Sequence record: MH460460.1
Reading direction: 5' to 3' (one strand)
Length of the DNA stretch: 64,000 nt
The notes under the pieces are model-generated. The model ran no database searches. It saw only the letters and a program-made list of their open reading frames with translations, and was not told the DNA's origin. The position numbers and the translations under genes were made by a program. This document shows, piece after piece, positions 56,736 to 64,000 of this stretch. Numbering within the stretch: position 1 is the first letter of the stretch; each line of letters opens with the position of its first letter.

Positions 56736-57186
56736 CAGGCGTCTCCAGAATATCAGCAAAATGTTTCGAATACGCTTCGGCAAAATACGGCAGATTTGAA
56801 AGATCAATTTCAATCGCACTGTAAGCGCCATTATCGTAGACTAAAACTTTTTGCGGCTTATATGGGGCGAGCGCCAGCGCAACAATAAACGCACGACCAA
56901 ACGCGCCGGAGATATTCACATGCACATCAAGTTCAGGCACATAAACTTCTTCTTGCAGACGCGTTTGATAGTTTTCCAAAACATCGGTAGGGAGAGACAG
57001 AAGTTTCGGCGCTTCATAGTCAGGACGTACATCAATGGTACGACGATCCGGATAATAAATAAAAGCAGAAGGATCGCCAAGATATCGCCCAAACAATTCA
57101 GCATCAACTTCAATGGAGGTAGGCGTTTCTTCGCGCACGCGCCCGTAAATTTCTCCTGTCTCCGCATTCACGCTTAGATAAATCAT
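56728..57186 (-). CDS. Tail fibre assembly/chaperone-like protein
   Basis: MIYLSVNAETGEIYG..., immediately downstream of the collagen fibre gene. Confidence 0.5.
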   Translation of the reverse strand: MIYLSVNAETGEIYGRVREETPTSIEVDAELFGRYLGDPSAFIYYPDRRTIDVRPDYEAPKLLSLPTDVLENYQTRLQEEVYVPELDVHVNISGAFGRAFIVALALAPYKPQKVLVYDNGAYSAIEIDLSNLPYFAEAYSKHFADILETPDE

Positions 57187-57187
57187 T

Positions 57188-58021
57188 TTAATCCCCTATT
57201 GCGGAATAGTAGAAATCCCAACCTACAGTATTCGCACCAGTGGACTTGAGCATGAAGCCACCAAGCAGAACGTTCTCTTTAACTGCCGTGCCATCAGTGT
57301 TGTAGATGGAATAAGTTTTTGCCTGATTCGTTGCAGCATTCAAGAACGTAATTGTTAGTGATGCACAACGGTTCAAGAAAGGTTTGTTGAATGCAACGTT
57401 GATAGCGCTTTGAGACGCAGGAGCAATAGCACGACCGAAGTTTGTTGTGCGTCCAGTGTTAGGATCAAAATCACTTCCAACAAACGCACCAACAATTTCA
57501 TTTCCGGTTAACGGATCTAAAACTGGAGAAACTTCGTATTGATTTATAATTGCATCACGACCAGCAGGACCAGTTGGGCCAATTGCACCAGTCGGACCAA
57601 CCGGACCAGTTTCGCCAGTTGGGCCAATCGGGCCAGTGTTTCCAGTTGGCCCTTGTCGTCCTCTCGTTCCGCGAATTCCCGGACAACCCGGTTCACCATC
57701 GCGACCATCTTTGCCGTCTTTGCCGTTATTTCCCTGAATGCCTTGCTTACCTTGTTTCCCTTCCTTTCCTGCTTTCATCTGATCAGCAGTAGGTAAACCA
57801 GAAACAGATTTCTGCGTGCCGTCCTGAAAAATAATCGTTAACGTTCCCGTTTGACTATCAAAAGAAACGTTCGACAAATCTGCGCTAGGATCGTCTTTGT
57901 TTTCATCGCGAAAGCCAACCTGAGTTTCCGAAACTTTCGCAAGAACCTGATTGACTGTACCGCCCTTCGGATCAATTAGAGCGGGATCTACTTGTACCAA
58001 TCCCATATTTAAATTCCTCAA
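57188..58021 (-). CDS. Collagen-like tail fibre protein
   Basis: About 24 consecutive G-X-Y triplets (GKEGKQ...GPTGPAG) including GEPGCPG. Confidence 0.85.
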   Translation of the reverse strand: MRNLNMGLVQVDPALIDPKGGTVNQVLAKVSETQVGFRDENKDDPSADLSNVSFDSQTGTLTIIFQDGTQKSVSGLPTADQMKAGKEGKQGKQGIQGNNGKDGKDGRDGEPGCPGIRGTRGRQGPTGNTGPIGPTGETGPVGPTGAIGPTGPAGRDAIINQYEVSPVLDPLTGNEIVGAFVGSDFDPNTGRTTNFGRAIAPASQSAINVAFNKPFLNRCASLTITFLNAATNQAKTYSIYNTDGTAVKENVLLGGFMLKSTGANTVGWDFYYSAIGD

Positions 58022-58218
58022 ACAAGGCTGATAAATTCAGGCTCGTTAGGTTGACCATAGTTCGGATTTTTCAGTTTCGTATTATTTGGAGTCATTCGCA
58101 CCCAAACAGTTACGCCGTCTGGACGAGTCCAGCGAACCTTCATCCCACCTTTGGTTAAATTAGAGATCCATGCGCCAGTAGACGGATTTTTTATTGCCAA
58201 TCTTCCAATTGCAGGCAT
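58018..58218 (-). CDS. Small protein similar to the N-terminal module of 61805-63826
   Basis: RLAIKNPSTGAW...MKVRW...WVRMTPNN versus RFRVRNLENNGW...MFIRT...WQPLTVDT. Confidence 0.6.
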   Translation of the reverse strand: MPAIGRLAIKNPSTGAWISNLTKGGMKVRWTRPDGVTVWVRMTPNNTKLKNPNYGQPNEPEFISLV

Positions 58219-58230
58219 GTTTCTTTCTCC

Positions 58231-58259
58231 AAAAGAATTGGCGGCATTACACCGCCAAT
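58231..58259 (-). terminator. Hairpin/terminator preceded on the minus strand by CTGTAA
   Basis: Minus strand CTGTAATTC-ATTGGCGG-TGTAATG-CCGCCAAT-TCTTTT. Confidence 0.65.
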
Positions 58260-58262
58260 GAA

Positions 58263-61200
58263 TTACAGATCAACAACCGAAATGGTGTACGTGCAATTTG
58301 AACCAGTGAAGAAGACTTCAATATATTTGAAATCTCGCGTTGTGTCGTGTTCCATAAAATATGTTCCACGCGCAGTAGCTCGAATCGCGGTTACACCAAC
58401 ACGGCGCAAGTGCATTTCACCATTACCACCCGTCCAATCAACTCGAATACGGAATGCGCCTCTGCGTGCTTGTGATTCAACGTTGTGGATGAAAACACGA
58501 CTGACATATTTTCCAGAGTTATAACTTCCGGACATTCCTTTCACACTATCATCACGCGTGTTGTAATCCCATGCTGTACCGTCACCAGTACCTTGCATTC
58601 GCACATCGTAATAAGGCGTGTAATCCAATTCCGCATAGTGGGCAATATAAATTTCATGTTGACCGCCGGAGTTAGGAAGGTTTCGATAAATCGGGCCAGA
58701 CGGATAATCGTAAGGCGCTTGTCCACCTTTCGGACTTGAATCAAGCCACAAACCATCACGGAAAATATCTACGCGGTCAGGAACAGTGTAGTGTTCCGAC
58801 CACAAAATAAATACGCCCGTATTGTTTCGATAGAGTTGGCGACGCCATTCAACGCCTTGACCGCCAGAAGATGCAGCGCTACCAAACGGAGTACCATCAT
58901 CATCAAGTATCGTACATACGCCAACGTTGCGCGTGAATTCAGAACGCGAAAGATCAGAAAGAACGAGATAAAAATACTCATCACCTTCTGTCAATTTATC
59001 CTGATACACTTGCACCGAAACTTGAACCGTTTTCGCACCAACAGGGAATAAAAGTTGGCGAGGTTCAATTGGAATGTAGTCTTGCGGATCACCAACGTTT
59101 CCGTTTGTGCGAACATCGGAATAACCGCCGAGGCCGCCCCACAACCCGCTCATGCCGTTAATCAGTTGATGACTTCCAATCTGATTGCGCACGCCATCCA
59201 TATCTAAATTTTCTCCAGCGTATGCGCCAGAGTAGTTCACGTAAAAACGATTCGCCAACATGTTCGCGCTATGGAATACGTTTGATTGTCCAGTAAGAAC
59301 CATCATACCTGTACCACGACGAACAGAGTTTTCTAACGCTTTCGTAAACGCGATTCCGATTTTTGCAGCAGGATTTGGATTCGCAGAAACAAAGATAACG
59401 ATAACGTATTGGTCAAAGATAAGAGCAGAAGGCGCACCACCATAAAGTTGAGTCCATCCAGCAACATCAACCGTGAATTGCATACTTCTTAAATGGTTTA
59501 CTAACGTCGAACCTAAATCATTCGCGCCGCCTTCGTTGATGCGATACGCGCCCGTAGGATAAGGACTGCCAGTAAATGAATCACCAACAATTAAAATCTT
59601 ATCGTTTCGGTGTCCGTGTCCTAACCAATCAATTGCATTAGTTAAGAATTGGCGAGACTGCGCATTGTTTGCCAGATTATTGTTTGTGAAAGCGTCAAGA
59701 CTGCCGCCCCATACAACACGCGTATTCTGATATTCAATGAACGAGAAAGGAGAAACGCCGCCCGGTGTAACCATACGACGCGCAGTAGTTTCATTACTTA
59801 CGCAGCGTGCAGTACCGTCGCGAGTTTGCACCGTCATTGTAATCGCACGCCCCATAACTTCTTCACTCGCAGTAACAGTAAATGTCACCGTTGAGTAACC
59901 GAGATTGCTTCCTTCAACAACTGAAACATCGTTGACGGAGAATGTCGGATAGTTACCGAGATCGATACACGGATGTTCAACGCTCACCACAAAATCTTTT
60001 GCTTCATACATCGGCAGTTTATGGAAACGAACATCACGCAATTCTGCGTTATGTTTTACGCCGTAGTATTTACTTCCATCCGGATCATCCAACACTTTAT
60101 AGTAGTTGGAATGCTGGCTTGCCTGATCGTTAAAAAGACCTTTGTTTGTTACCGCAGGCTTTGAAAAGAGTTCAGTACCAGTGACATAAGGCCAGCCGTT
60201 CGGATCAAAGGAGTAGCCAACGTCGAAAGTAGAATTCGGATCGCTGGACATTGATCCTTTGTACATTTCATTTATTGCGTTTCCTTCACCAACGCCGGGA
60301 CTACCAAAACAATTATATGCCCCGCGATACTGGAAGTTTGTATCTTCCCAAACACGGCGACTTGCACCTATGCGATACAATGCAGCAGGCAAACCACCAG
60401 TGAGACGGTTGTAAGAGCACTCATCAAACATCGTAACGAGTACCCAATAGTTTCCGTCAATGCTATTTAAATATGCCGCCATTGCCGCAGCATTCGCGAT
60501 ACCATCAGCACTACCTTCACCGCCTGCGCCGTGGATATCAAAATTTCTGCGTTCGACAAGTTGGCGAGTTGCTTTACTGATTTTATAGACATTCAGTGAT
60601 CGACCGTCGTTGTAGCGTGTGCCGTTAATAATAGTGAAACCGGGATTTGATCCGGAAGCATTAGGCACACCATAACCAACAACGTGACAGAAAAATTGAG
60701 AACGTGCGGCAAGAGATTGCGCACTATCATTCTGCCAAGTTATTTTGTGATATCCTGCTTGAATACCGTTACGCCAATCATCCGGCTTATACGGATAAAC
60801 ACTGATATCATAATCGACACTGAAACCATCTTGCGGATCAGCACAACAATAATCTTTGTAGAAGAACGGAGAATTCAAACGCACATCGTCGTTGATATCA
60901 ACGTCAGCGCACATGAATGGAATCCACGTTCCCGGTTGACCGCTCATTGCAGATTGTCGCGCTTCTCCAGTGTCAGAAAACCAATAACCCTGAGACGCAA
61001 GGTATCCAAGTTTATAGTGAAGCTGTTCAACACCGTTCCATGCGACGTGAGTATTGTACGCATTAATATTCGCATCGTGTGCGCGTTTGGTGCAAACAAT
61101 ATTCGTGTTGCGATTGGCATAAATACCAATTGGACTAAAAATTGCGTTGAAGTTTGCAGTGCCTTCGCCTGGCCCTTTCTGCAACACAACAAAAGAAATT

Positions 61201-61796
61201 CCTTCTTTGATTGCATTGCGGATCGCTGCCGCCATTGTATCGTTAATGGTTCGGCCCGTACTTGAAAGGAGAAAAACAGTTAATGCAAACTGTTTGAAAT
61301 AGTGCGGTTGACCATCGTAGCCGTAAGCACCAGCCGCAATTTCATTAACGTGATGCGGAAGAATATCATAGCGTTTCTTCTGCAAGAAATAACAAAACTG
61401 ACCCCATTGCCCAAAGTTAACGCGATCAGTTACCGACGCGGAATCACTCATGATCAGAATACTTTTTCCGTGAGTGAAGTTCGCGCCCATATCCATCATA
61501 ATGCGAAGTTGGCGAAGCATTCCTGTAATGCTGTTTACGTTTTCTTTAGAGTAATCGCCGACCCAACCACCGCTAGGATTAACGTCAAAGGAATACGGAG
61601 TAACAAACGCGCCATTCATAAACGCGGCACCGTAACCGCAAATAAATCCGGAAGCATGACCATCAATTGCAATTCCGGTCATCGTTCCGCGATCTTCTGC
61701 CATGCTTGCGTCAGCCCAACTTTGGGTATTGGGGCCACCACCGCCCGAATACCCGAAAGTAAGACCTCGCAGATATAAACAACTCCGCTTGATCAT
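58263..61796 (-). CDS. Large multidomain adhesin/tail protein (two alpha/beta domains, ILEI/GG lectin-like domain, split Calx-beta domain, jelly-roll C-terminus)
   Basis: GRSLNVYKI...FDIH...YLNSI...VLVTMFDE...YRGAY (ILEI, about 60270-60605). PTFSVNDVSVVEG...QTRDGTA and DY...LLFPVGAKT...DKLTEGDEYF...TILDDD (Calx-beta halves). Confidence 0.75.
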   Translation of the reverse strand: MIKRSCLYLRGLTFGYSGGGGPNTQSWADASMAEDRGTMTGIAIDGHASGFICGYGAAFMNGAFVTPYSFDVNPSGGWVGDYSKENVNSITGMLRQLRIMMDMGANFTHGKSILIMSDSASVTDRVNFGQWGQFCYFLQKKRYDILPHHVNEIAAGAYGYDGQPHYFKQFALTVFLLSSTGRTINDTMAAAIRNAIKEGISFVVLQKGPGEGTANFNAIFSPIGIYANRNTNIVCTKRAHDANINAYNTHVAWNGVEQLHYKLGYLASQGYWFSDTGEARQSAMSGQPGTWIPFMCADVDINDDVRLNSPFFYKDYCCADPQDGFSVDYDISVYPYKPDDWRNGIQAGYHKITWQNDSAQSLAARSQFFCHVVGYGVPNASGSNPGFTIINGTRYNDGRSLNVYKISKATRQLVERRNFDIHGAGGEGSADGIANAAAMAAYLNSIDGNYWVLVTMFDECSYNRLTGGLPAALYRIGASRRVWEDTNFQYRGAYNCFGSPGVGEGNAINEMYKGSMSSDPNSTFDVGYSFDPNGWPYVTGTELFSKPAVTNKGLFNDQASQHSNYYKVLDDPDGSKYYGVKHNAELRDVRFHKLPMYEAKDFVVSVEHPCIDLGNYPTFSVNDVSVVEGSNLGYSTVTFTVTASEEVMGRAITMTVQTRDGTARCVSNETTARRMVTPGGVSPFSFIEYQNTRVVWGGSLDAFTNNNLANNAQSRQFLTNAIDWLGHGHRNDKILIVGDSFTGSPYPTGAYRINEGGANDLGSTLVNHLRSMQFTVDVAGWTQLYGGAPSALIFDQYVIVIFVSANPNPAAKIGIAFTKALENSVRRGTGMMVLTGQSNVFHSANMLANRFYVNYSGAYAGENLDMDGVRNQIGSHQLINGMSGLWGGLGGYSDVRTNGNVGDPQDYIPIEPRQLLFPVGAKTVQVSVQVYQDKLTEGDEYFYLVLSDLSRSEFTRNVGVCTILDDDGTPFGSAASSGGQGVEWRRQLYRNNTGVFILWSEHYTVPDRVDIFRDGLWLDSSPKGGQAPYDYPSGPIYRNLPNSGGQHEIYIAHYAELDYTPYYDVRMQGTGDGTAWDYNTRDDSVKGMSGSYNSGKYVSRVFIHNVESQARRGAFRIRVDWTGGNGEMHLRRVGVTAIRATARGTYFMEHDTTRDFKYIEVFFTGSNCTYTISVVDL

Positions 61797-61804
61797 TTTT
61801 ATTT

Positions 61805-63826
61805 TTACCCGTAAGTGACTGTTACGTTAACTCGCAAATCAACGTATTGCTCATCTGCTTCTGGAGTATAAACAGTAACAACGCCGACCCAACCGTTCGC
61901 TGCGCTAGGCAACTGCGCAAGACTTGCAGTGTAGATCGTACCAGTCCACGTAAAACTTGTTGAAACCGCAACGATACTTCTGTTACCGATTGTCAGAGGC
62001 CACGGCTCGTATTCCAAGTTGCCCCACAAGTCACCGTGTTTTGTTTCGTTTGTTTTCTGGAAATAACCACCAGTTGACGCAACAGCAGGTGTTAATGCAC
62101 TTCCTCTTCCTGAACCTGTCCAACGGTTTCCATCAACAGTTGCGATTCTGAAATTCAGATTCACTGTATGGTCAACGTTACCCCAATAACGCAGAACGCC
62201 TTTGCTCATCGTCCAGATAGCATTATTTGGATTGTTTGGATCATCAACAGACAAACAGTTGTACGGAACAGAAAAATCTTGCACATTTAATTTTGGAGGT
62301 TGAATTGGACACCAGACGAAATAACTCCAATCACATCCAATACCACTCGTTACGCGTACCGTGATATTGCTACGGAGAACGTGTTCCGGATACTTCCAGA
62401 ATTCGAGTGTTCCCGATTGTCCAGCCAGAAGATTTTCAGTATCGAGCAGATTCATTTCCTGATCGAAAACTTCAAACTTCGTATCGAAACTTCCGGCACG
62501 CACATCAACTAAGCCTGCGCGAATATCCGTTTGTGTTCCCAATGCGAAGTTATCTTCTGTAGTCGGATGGCCTGCGCTCACTACCCAATCATACTGACAA
62601 GGGAAACGATATTCGCGTGCGCCTCGTTCGTTCGGACAATACAGAGAATAGTAGAAGCTATTAATAGAATTATTTTTCCCGAAATCTTTCGCCACAACTC
62701 TGACCATAAGATCGAAGTTTTGTGTGCCAGTCGGATCATAATAAAAATAAAGATAGCCACGACCAGTTTGTGCTTCTTGCGTTGACGCAATTCGTCGGCC
62801 TGCATGATAAACTTCGATGTAATCTAAGTTATCCCATGACGTATAGTTGAGATAAGTCCAACCAACGTTATTGCCGATGTAGTGATAATATTCAAAAGCA
62901 TTACTATCGACGATACGATCAACAATAGGCCAAACAGTTGCGTGACACGGCGCAGGAAAAATAGGAGTGCCGATATATTCAGGAACAATAACATCCGGAT
63001 AAGTTAAAACATCATATGCCGCTTGACTATCCAGCGCTAAGTTTGCGCGGTCAGTAGTTGCATTGAGTTTTGGCGGTATAACCTGCAAACTCCAGTTCGC
63101 ACCTTGAGAAGTACGAACACGAATCATGATACGCATATCTTCCGCATCAGGATCGTTAAGGAATTTAATTCGACCGCGACCGCCAACTTTTCCACACGTA
63201 GACGCAACGCGAATTCCTTCGGCGTAAACATCCACACTTAAACCATCTGCATGATAACTTGCGAAAGTTATTTCAACATAACCTTCTTGTCGTGGAATTG
63301 CGAAAATTGTTTCAGTGATTTGTGCGCCGCGAGAATGCACGGAAGCCCACGGCACGTTAGGGTTCGTCCACGTTCCTAAACCTGCTTGCGAGGCAAGACC
63401 AGTTGGATCGTAACTTTCAATTGTTCTTATTCCCGGTCGAGTAATATAACGCGACGTAGGAGGAACGTTGCCAATCCCCACACCGAAACCAGTTCGCGCA
63501 GCATCCGGTAAATCATATCCAGCAGGATAACCTTTTAACGGATCATATTTAGGGCCACGCGAACCGTCGCCAGTACCGGAACCTTTTGTGGTGGATGTTG
63601 GAGCACCACCACAATTCCCGATTTCCTGATTGATACAAGGATCATCAAAGTTAGGATCAAACTCTGCATCAATATCGTACCAGCGTTTTCCATGCAGACC
63701 GCGAACAGAAAAAGTATCGACTGTTAATGGTTGCCACGTATTTTCTTTTGTTCTAATGAACATCGGAGTATCCGCGCAATCATACCAGCCGTTGTTTTCT
63801 AAATTTCTTACGCGAAAACGAGGCAT
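61805..63826 (-). CDS. Tail/baseplate protein with three tandem beta-sandwich repeats
   Basis: Repeats of G.v...y.s....D.ievy..G.rias...G.g.l.F...P....i.vRV at three positions. Confidence 0.7.
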   Translation of the reverse strand: MPRFRVRNLENNGWYDCADTPMFIRTKENTWQPLTVDTFSVRGLHGKRWYDIDAEFDPNFDDPCINQEIGNCGGAPTSTTKGSGTGDGSRGPKYDPLKGYPAGYDLPDAARTGFGVGIGNVPPTSRYITRPGIRTIESYDPTGLASQAGLGTWTNPNVPWASVHSRGAQITETIFAIPRQEGYVEITFASYHADGLSVDVYAEGIRVASTCGKVGGRGRIKFLNDPDAEDMRIMIRVRTSQGANWSLQVIPPKLNATTDRANLALDSQAAYDVLTYPDVIVPEYIGTPIFPAPCHATVWPIVDRIVDSNAFEYYHYIGNNVGWTYLNYTSWDNLDYIEVYHAGRRIASTQEAQTGRGYLYFYYDPTGTQNFDLMVRVVAKDFGKNNSINSFYYSLYCPNERGAREYRFPCQYDWVVSAGHPTTEDNFALGTQTDIRAGLVDVRAGSFDTKFEVFDQEMNLLDTENLLAGQSGTLEFWKYPEHVLRSNITVRVTSGIGCDWSYFVWCPIQPPKLNVQDFSVPYNCLSVDDPNNPNNAIWTMSKGVLRYWGNVDHTVNLNFRIATVDGNRWTGSGRGSALTPAVASTGGYFQKTNETKHGDLWGNLEYEPWPLTIGNRSIVAVSTSFTWTGTIYTASLAQLPSAANGWVGVVTVYTPEADEQYVDLRVNVTVTYG

Positions 63827-63838
63827 AGAAAAATTCCT

Positions 63839-64000
63839 TTATGAAGATGTTCTTACCCAAATAGAACCGGGTTCGATCTCGCGCTCAAGTGATGGATCGA
63901 CTGCTTGAATAAATACAGCAACAACACCATCTTTTCCACTTGGGCCAGTTGCACCAGTTGCACCAGTCGGGCCAATATTTCCGCGAGATCCGCGAACACC
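63839..64000 (-). CDS. C-terminal end of a second collagen-like fibre protein (partial)
   Basis: Translates GVRGSRGNIGPTGATGATGPSGKDG...IEPGSIWVRTSS-stop. Confidence 0.8.
   Translation of the reverse strand, partial: GVRGSRGNIGPTGATGATGPSGKDGVVAVFIQAVDPSLEREIEPGSIWVRTSS

Noticed and set aside
57556-57775. 9-nt periodic DNA repeats (CCAGTTGGG/CCAGTCGGA) as a repeat array
   Set aside because: Fully explained by G-P-T collagen codons.
1-64000. tRNA/rRNA genes, CRISPR arrays, diversity-generating retroelement, stop-codon reassignment
   Set aside because: No cloverleaf or T-loop context outside CDS, no repeat-spacer array, no reverse transcriptase or TR/VR pair seen. Long conserved genes are intact under the standard code.

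Overview
This window is a 64-kb slice of a large lytic myovirus-type (jumbo) phage genome with dense coding and many overlapping start/stop codons. The gene content and the array of hair/whisker-like structural paralogs suggest a Y3/JA11-like phage of Enterobacterales; that assignment is inference only. The + strand (1-41.26 kb) carries a DnaB-like helicase, an intein-containing terminase large subunit, the portal, a 5'-3' exonuclease, a macro-domain protein, a frameshifted small Toprim primase, a Dam methylase, dCMP deaminase, ThyA and a MazG-like protein. It then runs through about 50 accessory ORFs. The - strand (41.3-64 kb) carries a lysis cassette, a tandem array of about 11 divergent structural paralogs, head/tail fibres, collagen-like fibres and a large multidomain adhesin. 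The two blocks converge on a bidirectional terminator at about 41.28 kb. The strongest leads are: (1) an AcrVA2-like protein coupled to a (p)ppGpp-hydrolase-like HD protein; (2) a Tad2/DUF2829 sponge homolog; (3) free-standing fragments of host enzymes, namely an NrdA C-terminal CESGAC redox tail and an AlaRS DTYGFP segment; (4) a recurring CTGTAAATA box fused to the 5' arm of hairpins, a possible promoter-inside-terminator switch; (5) a spanin-like lipoprotein with a C-terminal hydrophobic helix. An exact 127-bp tandem duplication after terL is probably an assembly overlap artifact. All family assignments come from motif recognition by eye; no database search was run.
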